Part shown: piece by piece, positions 29,276-38,300 of the stretch
Position numbering within the stretch: the stretch's first letter is position 1
Layout of the letters: each line of letters starts with the position of its first letter
Origin: an uncultured bacterium
GTDB lineage: Bacteria > Patescibacteriota > Minisyncoccia > Phycocordibacterales > UBA2100
Length of the DNA stretch: 49,186 nucleotides
Assembly: GCA_903824595.1 (NCBI GenBank)
Contig: CAIJXH010000017.1
Location: 1-49,186 of the forward strand
Reading direction: 5' to 3'
Position numbers and translations under genes: made by a program
The notes under the pieces: model-generated
What the model saw: only the letters and a program-made list of their open reading frames with translations
Databases searched by the model: none
What the model was told of the DNA's origin: nothing

Positions 29276-30633
29276 CCGAACAATTCCCCACACCCGTGAT
29301 CGGCATGGAAATCCATGTGGAATTGAAAACGAAATCGAAGATGTTTTGCGGGTGCAAGAACGATCCCTTCGGTGCCGACGCTCCCAATACGCACACGTGC
29401 CCGGTGTGCCTGGGGCTGCCGGGGGCTCTGCCGGTGCCAAACAGAAAAGCGGTGGAGTGGACGATTCGCCTCGCGCTCGCGCTCAACTGCTCCATCTCGA
29501 TGGAGAGTAAATTCGACCGCAAACATTACTCGTATCCCGATTTGCCAAAAGGGTACCAGATCAGCCAATACGACCAGCCGATCGGGCACGACGGGTATCT
29601 TGAAATCGGTGAAGGCGAGAAGCGCAGCAAAATCCGCATACGCCGCGTGCACCTTGAAGAAGATACGGGCAAGCTATCGCATAAGGAAATAGACGGAGAA
29701 AACGTATCTCTTATTGATTTCAACCGCTCCAGCGTCCCGCTCGTCGAGATCGTTACCGAGCCTGATATGCGCAGCGCCGAAGAAGCGAAAGAGTTTGGTA
29801 AAAAATTGCATCGCATCGTGCGCTATAGCGACGTGTCGGATGCCGACATGGAAAAAGGCTCAATGCGTCTTGAGGCAAACGTGAGTGTGTCGGAGCATAC
29901 AGAGATTACCGAAGACAATCTCCCGCCGTACAAAGTGGAACTGAAGAACATCAACTCATTTCGCTTCATGGCGCTGGCGGCAGACTACGAAATCAAGCGT
30001 CAGCGCGAAGCGCGCGCGCGCGGCGAGAAAATTCCGCAGGAGACGCGCGGCTGGGGCGAGGCGAAGAAAGCGACGCGTCTTCAGCGTGTGAAAGAAGACG
30101 CGCAAGAATATCGCTATTTTCCCGATCCTGATTTGCCGCCGATGCGATTCAAGGAAGAAATGGTCGCGTCGATCAAGAAAAGTTTGCCGCCGATGCCCGA
30201 TACCTACGCGGCGCAATTTGTTGCTGCTGGGGCATCGTACGAATCTGCCGACATTCTCACCGACGACATGGCGACGGCGCAGCTCGTTGCCGAAGCACTC
30301 CCGCTTGTATCCGACGGCAAGATTTTCATCAATTGGTTCTTGCGTAATCGCGACACAAACGCCGCGCTTTCCGCCGCCGATCTCGCGAAGCGTTTTGCTG
30401 ATGAAAAGGGGAGTAAAGTAACAGACGAGGCGGTGATCATCGAATGGGTGAAAACGGTCGTCGACGAGAATCAAAACGTGGTCGCCGAGTTCAAGGCTGG
30501 CAAGGAAAGCGTACTCATGTTCCTTGTGGGTAAAGTGCAGAAACTTGCCGCGGGCAAAGCCGATGCGCAGGTGGTGATGAGGCTGCTCCGCTCACAGATC
30601 GATCAATACACACGCTCTTCTGTGGCGCGATAG
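29272..30633 (+). CDS. gatB: Asp/Glu-tRNA amidotransferase subunit B
   Basis: IGMEIH, YPDLPKGYQISQ, HLEEDTGK and YRYFPDPDL motifs. Confidence 0.97.
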   Translation: MTEQFPTPVIGMEIHVELKTKSKMFCGCKNDPFGADAPNTHTCPVCLGLPGALPVPNRKAVEWTIRLALALNCSISMESKFDRKHYSYPDLPKGYQISQYDQPIGHDGYLEIGEGEKRSKIRIRRVHLEEDTGKLSHKEIDGENVSLIDFNRSSVPLVEIVTEPDMRSAEEAKEFGKKLHRIVRYSDVSDADMEKGSMRLEANVSVSEHTEITEDNLPPYKVELKNINSFRFMALAADYEIKRQREARARGEKIPQETRGWGEAKKATRLQRVKEDAQEYRYFPDPDLPPMRFKEEMVASIKKSLPPMPDTYAAQFVAAGASYESADILTDDMATAQLVAEALPLVSDGKIFINWFLRNRDTNAALSAADLAKRFADEKGSKVTDEAVIIEWVKTVVDENQNVVAEFKAGKESVLMFLVGKVQKLAAGKADAQVVMRLLRSQIDQYTRSSVAR

Positions 30634-30647
30634 CGTATAATGGATAC

Positions 30648-31325
30648 ATGGAACTCGAAGGATTTGCACAATCATTCTCGGCATCATTTTGGATGCTAAG
30701 CGATATTGTGTTTCGGTGGGTGCCTGCAAGTATCGCCTCGCTCACAACAGCAGTCCAAACGGCACAGCCTCCTGTTGCTCCCGTATCGATATGGGATGTT
30801 CCCGCACTTCTTTCAGATGCGCATGTGGGCACGTCGTATGATGTCATGCTGCATGCGTGGATGACGTTTGCGTTGTGCGCTTTTGCCGCGGCGTTGCCGT
30901 TTATAGGTATCATCGTCTACTCCATGGTTCGTGTATGGCAAATACGGCATCTCGAAAAGAAAGAGCACGAAAAAGCATATAGAGCAGCACACGATGACCC
31001 TTCAAAAAGTAAGACACGCTGGAATAGAATCACCGACCATCTTGATGGTGACAAACCTGACTCATGGCGGCTTGCCATCCTCGAGGCGGACATCATGCTC
31101 AATGAGCTTCTTGATCTCAAGGGATATAAAGGAGAAACAATGGCAGACAAAATGAAACAGATAGATAGAGCCGATTTCAATTCGATCGATCTTGCGTGGG
31201 AGGCGCACAAATATCGCAACAAAGTCGCGCACGAGACAGCAGATAATGCGCTTGAGTATCGCGAAGTTCGTCGCGTGATCGCATTATACGAACGTGTGTT
31301 TAGGGAGTTTGGGTTTATTGAATAG
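30648..31325 (+). CDS. Hypothetical membrane protein
   Basis: TM segment, then WRLAILEAD...AWEAHKYRNKVAH helical domain; TATAAT 6 nt before the ATG. Confidence 0.8.
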   Translation: MELEGFAQSFSASFWMLSDIVFRWVPASIASLTTAVQTAQPPVAPVSIWDVPALLSDAHVGTSYDVMLHAWMTFALCAFAAALPFIGIIVYSMVRVWQIRHLEKKEHEKAYRAAHDDPSKSKTRWNRITDHLDGDKPDSWRLAILEADIMLNELLDLKGYKGETMADKMKQIDRADFNSIDLAWEAHKYRNKVAHETADNALEYREVRRVIALYERVFREFGFIE

Positions 31326-31372
31326 GGATGGGGGAGTTTGCAGTGTGTGTCTCTATGTAGTACGCTCTTGAA

Positions 31373-31444
31373 AGCGGGGTAGAGCAGTAGTAGCTCGTCA
31401 GGCTCATAACCTGAAGGTCGTGGGTGCAATTCCCACCCCCGCAA
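31373..31444 (+). tRNA. tRNA-Met(CAT), initiator type; CCA not encoded
   Basis: Cloverleaf with GCGGGG/CCCCGC acceptor stem and a 1:72 mismatch; anticodon arm TCAGG-CTCATAA-CCTGA; overall resemblance to tRNA-fMet. Confidence 0.93.
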
Positions 31445-31451
31445 CACGTAA

Positions 31452-31486
31452 AACGACAAAGCGCACACCAGTGCGCTTTTTCGTTA
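31452..31486 (+). terminator. Terminator after tRNA
   Basis: aaagcgcac-acca-gtgcgcttt followed by T-rich sequence. Confidence 0.65.
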
Positions 31487-31591
31487 CGTGCTCGAGGGAG
31501 CGAAGCGCCTGCGCGTTGTCGTGTGTGGAATTTTGTTGCTTTTTATGAGGGCGTGAGTAGAATGCGCCCAGAATATCACAGGGAGGATTCG

Positions 31592-32365
31592 ATGGCTCTC
31601 CATGGCTTTATGAGGCGTTTTTCTTTCGATCCTTCCAAAGCCGGCTGGCTTGGAGTCGAACGAGAAGCGTTTATTCAAACTACCGACGGTGCGCTCGTAC
31701 CAGAGGCGTCGCGAGTGTTGTCGGCGCTTCGTGCTCATGATCCCAATCGGTTCGGGTTTGAGTTATCGGCGTGTCAGATCGAATCTCGTACGCGACCATG
31801 TTGTGTCGATGAGTTGCTCGATGAGCTGCGCGCTAACGACGATGCGTTGAACGTGGCATTGTCATCGCTCGGTTTGATGGCGAATCACCATGAAGTCGGA
31901 CCAGTCGACATGCCGCTCGATGTATTTCCGGATCCGACCGGGCGATACCAAAGAATCGTCGAGCAAATGTCGCCAGAGGTACGTATGGCGGCGTGCAGGA
32001 TCATTGGTACGCATGTACACGTGGGTATGCCTGATCACGAAACCGCGTTGCGGGTATATAACGATGTTGTGCAGCATGTGCCGCGACTGTGTGATCTTGG
32101 TGATGGATCAGGTGGCGAGCGGCTCGCTATCTATCGGACAGTGAATCCGGATTGTATGCCGCGACCGTATGGCTCATGGTCTGAGTTCCATGGTGTGGCG
32201 CTCGCAGAAGGATTCGCGGATGATCCGCGAAATTGCTGGACGCTCGTGCGAGTATCCAAGCACGGCACGCTGGAGTTTCGGATGTTCGGCACCACGCAAT
32301 ATGTGGAAATGGTGTACGAATGGGCGCGTGAATGTCATCGTGTGTGTATGGAAGTGATGGAATGA
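31592..32365 (+). CDS. Glutamate-cysteine ligase family 2 (GCS2)-like carboxylate-amine ligase
   Basis: LGVERE, ELSACQIE, GTHVHVG and WTLVR..HGTLEFR motifs; SD GGAGG before ATG 31592. Confidence 0.8.
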   Translation: MALHGFMRRFSFDPSKAGWLGVEREAFIQTTDGALVPEASRVLSALRAHDPNRFGFELSACQIESRTRPCCVDELLDELRANDDALNVALSSLGLMANHHEVGPVDMPLDVFPDPTGRYQRIVEQMSPEVRMAACRIIGTHVHVGMPDHETALRVYNDVVQHVPRLCDLGDGSGGERLAIYRTVNPDCMPRPYGSWSEFHGVALAEGFADDPRNCWTLVRVSKHGTLEFRMFGTTQYVEMVYEWARECHRVCMEVME

Positions 32366-32371
32366 TGCCTT

Positions 32372-32416
32372 GGGCGCGGGAGAAGTGTTGATACTTCTCC
32401 CGCGCCCTTATTTTTT
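32372..32416 (+). terminator. Intrinsic terminator
   Basis: gggcgcgggagaagt-N6-acttctcccgcgccc followed by ttatttttt. Confidence 0.8.
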
Positions 32417-32441
32417 ATGTATTGTCTGGTATTCTGACGAG

Positions 32442-33419
32442 ATGAAATTCTCAACATCAACTCACGCAGTGCGTATCAGACGTACGTTTGAGATGTTGAA
32501 ATCACAATCATACGAAGGTGTTTCCGGTGTGTTGTGTATAGACAGCGGCGTATCGGGACCTGTGGTTGGAATGACGGCATGCACGCATGGCAACGAGCCG
32601 GCAGGACTTGCGATCTTCGCCCATCTTCTCGAGGATATGGATATTTGCAACACTCTGTTGCGCGGGACGTTGTTTTTGGTGGTCAACAACGTAGGGGCGG
32701 CAAACCTGTTTTTCGATCTTACTGCGCAAGGGAAAGACACATCTGTAGCACGTTACGTGGATATCAATATGAATCGTTTGCCAAAGGATGTGTGTACGAA
32801 TGATGCGGATACTAGGTATGAAGCATGTCGTACACGCGAACTGCTTCCTCTGTGGAAGCGTTTTGACTATGGCATGGATGTGCATAGTACAACGATGGAC
32901 ATTGAGCCGATGATTATCAGTAAAGGAGACTCGTATGCACTAGAGCTTGCACGTGGATTTCCTGTACGCAAACTCGTATCGCATATTGATAGAGTCCAGC
33001 TCAATACGCCGGTGTTTGCATTCTATGGAGGCACTCATGCGCAGGTGTGTGCGATAGAAGCCGGTCAGCATGAAAAAGACACGGCATACGTCAACGCGAC
33101 CATGTGCGCCAAAGCGTTTCTCCAGAATGCGCACATGCTATCGGGCACATCGCATACACAAATCACCGAGTATCGGGAGTTCTTTATTGACGGATCGGTA
33201 GTGTTTGATGATGTGTCGTATGATTTTGTAACACTGTTCCAAGAGGAGGAGTGTGTGCGCGAGGGACAGGTGCTTGCCACCAGTAGCATCGGACTTCCGG
33301 ACGTGCGCGCGCCATTTGAGGGCGTTCTTATTATGCCTAGTACGAAAAGAGGGAGTGAAAAAATAATGGGAGAAGAGCAGTCTTTTATTTCACGCCCTAT
33401 GCGTGTGCGTAGAGTGTAG
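32442..33419 (+). CDS. Succinylglutamate desuccinylase/aspartoacylase family (M14 Zn hydrolase)
   Basis: HGNE, NMNR, DVHST and IEAGQH motifs. Confidence 0.88.
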   Translation: MKFSTSTHAVRIRRTFEMLKSQSYEGVSGVLCIDSGVSGPVVGMTACTHGNEPAGLAIFAHLLEDMDICNTLLRGTLFLVVNNVGAANLFFDLTAQGKDTSVARYVDINMNRLPKDVCTNDADTRYEACRTRELLPLWKRFDYGMDVHSTTMDIEPMIISKGDSYALELARGFPVRKLVSHIDRVQLNTPVFAFYGGTHAQVCAIEAGQHEKDTAYVNATMCAKAFLQNAHMLSGTSHTQITEYREFFIDGSVVFDDVSYDFVTLFQEEECVREGQVLATSSIGLPDVRAPFEGVLIMPSTKRGSEKIMGEEQSFISRPMRVRRV

Positions 33420-33423
33420 GGTA

Positions 33424-33612
33424 TCAATTCGCCATGGTGCCAAGGATTGTCTCGACAGCGCAGGTGGCGATAAAGAAGGCGAATGCAAATACGCACTGCT
33501 TCCATTCGAGCGCGATGAAAAGCATGCAGAATGCGTATACCAAAAATCCGAGAGAGAATGTCCAAATGACGGAATTGAGTGTGAGAAGCAGGTTCCATGT
33601 ACGTCCGCTCAT
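33424..33612 (-). CDS. 62-aa two-TM membrane microprotein, paralog A
   Basis: MSGRTWNLLLTLNSVIW...YAFCMLFIALEWKQCVFAFAFFIA...; TATAAT 7 nt before the ATG; paralog at 39250-39435. Confidence 0.82.
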   Translation of the reverse strand: MSGRTWNLLLTLNSVIWTFSLGFLVYAFCMLFIALEWKQCVFAFAFFIATCAVETILGTMAN

Positions 33613-33694
33613 GATCACGATTATACCGCGCCCTTGAAGAATGCAGGAGTGGGTGTATAGTGCGCGACGGTGCAATTGGACGGAGGAAAAGATC

Positions 33695-33883
33695 ATGTTG
33701 CGAAATGATCCAGCTGATACGTTTGTCACGGAAGACGTCATTCGTGATGAAAGTGGGCATCTACTCGTGGCGGGGACGCGAGTGGATCTCAAAAAATATA
33801 AAGCACCGCCACCTGCTCCTGCGCTGAAAGGAGGATATGCGAGCACGATTCCTCCAGTGCGAGAGGATGGTCGACCGGTTTGA
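33695..33883 (+). CDS. 62-aa hypothetical protein
   Basis: SD GGAGG before ATG 33695, upstream TATAGT and a downstream hairpin. Confidence 0.55.
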   Translation: MLRNDPADTFVTEDVIRDESGHLLVAGTRVDLKKYKAPPPAPALKGGYASTIPPVREDGRPV

Positions 33884-33897
33884 TTGGTTTTGCGCGG

Positions 33898-33920
33898 GCG
33901 GGGACGCGAAGCGTCCCCGC
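33898..33920. terminator. GC-rich hairpin upstream of argH
   Basis: gcggggacgc-gaa-gcgtccccgc. Confidence 0.55.
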
Positions 33921-33931
33921 ACACTATTTCT

Positions 33932-35272
33932 ATGACAACACTGTGGAATACATCAGGTAAAAAAGTCGACAAAACGGTGCAGGCGTACACCGTCGGCACC
34001 GATTATGTGTTTGATATGCATTTGCTGCCGTTTGATATCGACGGGAGCGTTGCGCATGCAAGAGGATTGCAGAAAATCGGCATTCTCACCGCGAAGGAAT
34101 TGAAAGACGTCCTTCGCGCATTTGCAGAGCTTCGCAAGGATTTCACTCTCGGGCGCATCACGATTACACCTGAAGACGAGGATTGTCATACGGTAATCGA
34201 GCACTACCTCGTGGAAAAACTCGGCGATGTGGGCAAGAAAATCCACACGGGCAGGAGCCGCAACGATCAGGTGCTCACGGCGGTGCGGTTGTACATGAAG
34301 CATCACGTTGCGCTAGTCCGCACGAAGTGTCTCGATCTTGCCGACTCGTGCGTGGAAAAAGCCGATGCGTACCAACATATCCCCATGCCGGGCTACTCGC
34401 ACACGCAGCAGGCAATGCTTTCGAGTGTGGGGCATTATATGGCGAGCATTGCGGAGAGTCTGCTCGACGACGAGTCGTTCCTCGCGAGCGTTGCCGATCA
34501 TATCGACAAAAGTCCGCTCGGCTCTGCCGCCGGATTTGGCAGCGCGATCCCGCTTGATCGTGCATACACGGCGCGCGAGCTTGGGTTTGCCGCGGTGCAG
34601 ATCAATTCACTCTACTGTCAGACGTCGCGCGGCAAATTTGAAAGCGCGGTCATGGAAGGGCTGTCGCAAGTGTCAGCGACGCTCGCGCGTTTGGCTAATG
34701 ATCTCGTGTGGTTTACCTCGCAAGAGTTTGCGTTCTTTGACGCTGACGACGCGGTGGTGACAGGCTCGAGCATTATGCCGCAAAAACGCAACCTCGATCC
34801 TCTGGAGCTTTTGCGCGGCAATGCGGCAATTATCGCGGGCAATCAGCTGGCAATCAAAGAACTCTCGAAAAATCTTCTCTCCGGCTACAACCGCGATCTT
34901 CAGCTCATGAAAAAGCCGCTCATGGAAAGCATGATGAGTGTCGAAGACGGGCTTGAGATTGCACGAGTGGTGCTCCAACATGTGCAGCCAAACGAGAAAG
35001 AGATTCGCGCACGCATTCATCCAGGTATGTTCCTTGCCGATATTGCCAATGACATGGTGCTTTCACGCGGCGTGCCGTTCCGTGATGCGTATGCGCTTGC
35101 GAAGGGAATGGAGGCGAAAGACATGGATCTCGCCAAGAATATCCGCGAAAAGCGGAGTCTTGGCGCGCCGGGTAAGCTGGGGCTCGCGACATATCGCGCG
35201 CGCATCGCGCGCGCTCGACGCAGCATGTATGGACGACATCGTTTTGCAAAAACCTCGTCGAACATGTCGTGA
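33932..35272 (+). CDS. argH: Argininosuccinate lyase
   Basis: KIHTGRSRNDQV, MPGYSH.QQA, TGSSIMPQKRN, GYNRDLQ and GVPFRDAY motifs. Confidence 0.95.
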   Translation: MTTLWNTSGKKVDKTVQAYTVGTDYVFDMHLLPFDIDGSVAHARGLQKIGILTAKELKDVLRAFAELRKDFTLGRITITPEDEDCHTVIEHYLVEKLGDVGKKIHTGRSRNDQVLTAVRLYMKHHVALVRTKCLDLADSCVEKADAYQHIPMPGYSHTQQAMLSSVGHYMASIAESLLDDESFLASVADHIDKSPLGSAAGFGSAIPLDRAYTARELGFAAVQINSLYCQTSRGKFESAVMEGLSQVSATLARLANDLVWFTSQEFAFFDADDAVVTGSSIMPQKRNLDPLELLRGNAAIIAGNQLAIKELSKNLLSGYNRDLQLMKKPLMESMMSVEDGLEIARVVLQHVQPNEKEIRARIHPGMFLADIANDMVLSRGVPFRDAYALAKGMEAKDMDLAKNIREKRSLGAPGKLGLATYRARIARARRSMYGRHRFAKTSSNMS

Positions 35273-35285
35273 GGAGATACGCGTG
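35245..35285 (+). repeat. Second copy of the right arm of the 17930-18088 element; contains the argH stop codon
   Basis: 39 of 41 nt identical to 18025-18065. Confidence 0.85.
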
Positions 35286-35340
35286 TGTTTATGCACATGT
35301 CGGTCTCTTTTGTACAAGAAGTCTAGTATACTTCCATAGT

Positions 35341-38300
35341 ATGCGCGTGATGTCATATGTGTTTTCAGCGCTTTTTTGTCTGTTTGTGTGTGTTCCTGTG
35401 ATGGCGCGAGCTCAATCAACCACGACTCCACCGCAAGCGATTGTTCTTGCTACCGTAAATATTCAGAATGCCCAGATAACAAAGCAAGACGGACACGCGT
35501 TCTCAATCTCGTTCGATCTCACTAATCGAGAGGGCGTGCAACATGATGTTGATTATTCTGTCGAGCTCATTCAGGATGACAACGGACAATTTGTCGCTGA
35601 TCAGAACGTGTACCTTGCGCATCTCATATTGCAGGAACACTCATCCACTCATCAGACAATAACCTACACGGCACCAGCCTCTCTGGACGGGACGTATAGG
35701 ATGTTCATCTCAAGCAAGAACGCGAGCGGGTTTCCTTTTGGTGTGGCATATGTAAAAGATGTGACGTTAGTATCGTCGAGCGACGTGCGTATTTCTCCAC
35801 ATACATGCTATCTCACGGTCAAAGAAGACAAAAAATCAAAGCACTATATGCTCACTGAAGGAGTTGATATTGCAAAGGACGAGACAATACATCTCACGTG
35901 TGTTGCGGAAAATACGAGCGATCATAGCGTATCTATAATTCCTGAATATCAAACACGTTTTCGTTCCGAGTATGGTGATAACGTGCCTCACGTAGGTGGA
36001 AGCCAAGATCCAATAGTTCTTCCGCAACACAAGACAACACAATTCACGCTTGAGCTTCCAAAGGCAACAAAACCACAGGCGTATAGTGTGAATATTTCGT
36101 TTGGGGCATCTCATGGCATTGGTTCTATTTTGGTGCATTACGTTTTGCGGGGTGCCAGCGCCACTATTCAAAACATATCACTTGATCAAAATCGCTACGC
36201 GGCAGGAGATACTGCGCTCGTGTCATTTATGTGGACACCATCCGCTGATGGGTTTCCAGATTCTCGCGCGGGTACGAGCTCGCCAAGTGTCGTATCGTTC
36301 CAAGCGATACTCACCAACCGTTCTGGTGCTGTATGTGGTGAGCTTACACAATCGCTTCCACCAACCATGGTTGTGCACGCCCCGCTTTCCATAGCGGTGA
36401 ATTGTCTCGATCCACATCTTTCTCTCGATCTGCGTGATGTGCATGGAGTATCTCTGGCGCGAGGTGTTTTGGTGGTTCAAAGCCCTGTTCGTACGTTCTG
36501 GATATATCTCATATTCATATGTATCGTGTCGATGGTGGTATTGCTATGGTTCTTGAGAAAAAAGATGCGCGCTCGTGTCATGGCGCCCATGCTCGTCATG
36601 GGTGTGATAGTTCTGTTGCCCGGATATGCAAGGGGAGACACCGTGATGTTTCCATTTGGACAAGCTTCTGGACCGGCACACCTCGCACCCATCACGTTTA
36701 CGTTCAATCTCGATAAAAGTTCTTATACTCCAGGCAGTGCTCTCACGCTCACGTCGTATGCCGAAGGGACGTTTTGTGGCAATACCGTGTTTGAAGCATA
36801 TGCATATTTTGTGGCAAATTTACAGGGAGATTGGCGGACAATTATGAATGCGATCGTTGGTCAATGGGCTCAGCCTATTGGCGGTAATGGATGGTTCGGC
36901 ATACATTCCGAATCTGATTCAGGCTACCACACTCAAATTGGTCCTTTCTCGACGGTATTTACCGCGCCCTCGTATCCAGGCACATATCCTTTGTATATTT
37001 ATGCCGCCGGTGCTCAAGCTGATTTGAGCGGTCGATGGTTCTATGACGATCGGACCGTGGCTCTTTATTTCACTGTGACGGGCAATTCTTGCTGGTTCAA
37101 TGGAACACCAATCGCACACGGCGGATCGACGTACGCATATCCTACCGCAACGAGCGTGTGTGGCGTATCAGGACAAGTACGCGTATGCAACAATGGGGTG
37201 CTTTCTGGGTCGTATCCGTATAGTTCGTGTATTTCAAATCAAGCGCCGCTGTTCTCTATAAATTCTGTTACTGCCGATAGTGCGTGTACGATCAACAAAC
37301 CCTACTATGTTGCTCTATCCGCCACCGACCCCGAGAACGATAAGGTCAGGTATGAAATTCAATGGAATGATGGATCGCCCGTCGAATCTGTGCCAAATAT
37401 ACATAATACTCCATCAGGAATAGTGGTAACGCCATGGCTTGGAGCGTGGACAGACTCTGGATCGACATTGCCTGCCGAGTTACTTGGGTCGCAAACAAGC
37501 GTCATCGGCACCTACATATATTTGTTTGGAGGACAAGACAAGAATGGCTCGGCTATTGATGCGATATATCGCGCTCCTGTGTCAAATCCAACCTCGTGGG
37601 TCGACACGGGCGCAAAATTGCCCGCTCGTATTTTTGCGTCGCAACGCGTGATCATAGGAGATTATGTATATCTATTTGGAGGTTACAACACAGGTCCTGT
37701 TTCTTCTATTTATAGGGCACCGATATCCAATCCTCTCGCGTGGGTTGATACGGGAGCGACGTTGCCCGGAGCGCCTGTTGCGTCAGAGGCGGCAATCATA
37801 GGGGATTTTGTGTATCTTTTCGGCGGATATACTGATGATATATATCGTGCTCCTGTCTCAAACCCTCTTGCGTGGGTAAAGACAGGCGCAAAATTGCCAG
37901 GGGTCATAGGGTGGTCAAGTCTCGCTGTGGTAGGCGACTACGTCTACCTCTTTGGTGGCAACACGGGAGAACCGAGATGGACAAACGTCATCTGGCGCGC
38001 TCCTGTCTCAAACCCTCTTGCATGGACGGACACTGGTGCACATATTCCAAGTACGCTTGATTGGTCGCAAGCACAAGTTATTGGCGACTACGTGTACCTT
38101 TTTGGTGGATACACTGATGCGGGTGGCTCGCAGCATGCAATGAATACGGTGTATCGTGCTCCCGTGTCGAATCCTCTTAGCTGGGCTGATACGGGGTTGG
38201 TTCTTCCTGATGGACTCGCTGGGTCGCAGGCTGTGTCTGTGGGAGGCGCGGTATATATGCTCGGCGGATTCCAAAACAATCGCGGACGTTCAAACGTCAT

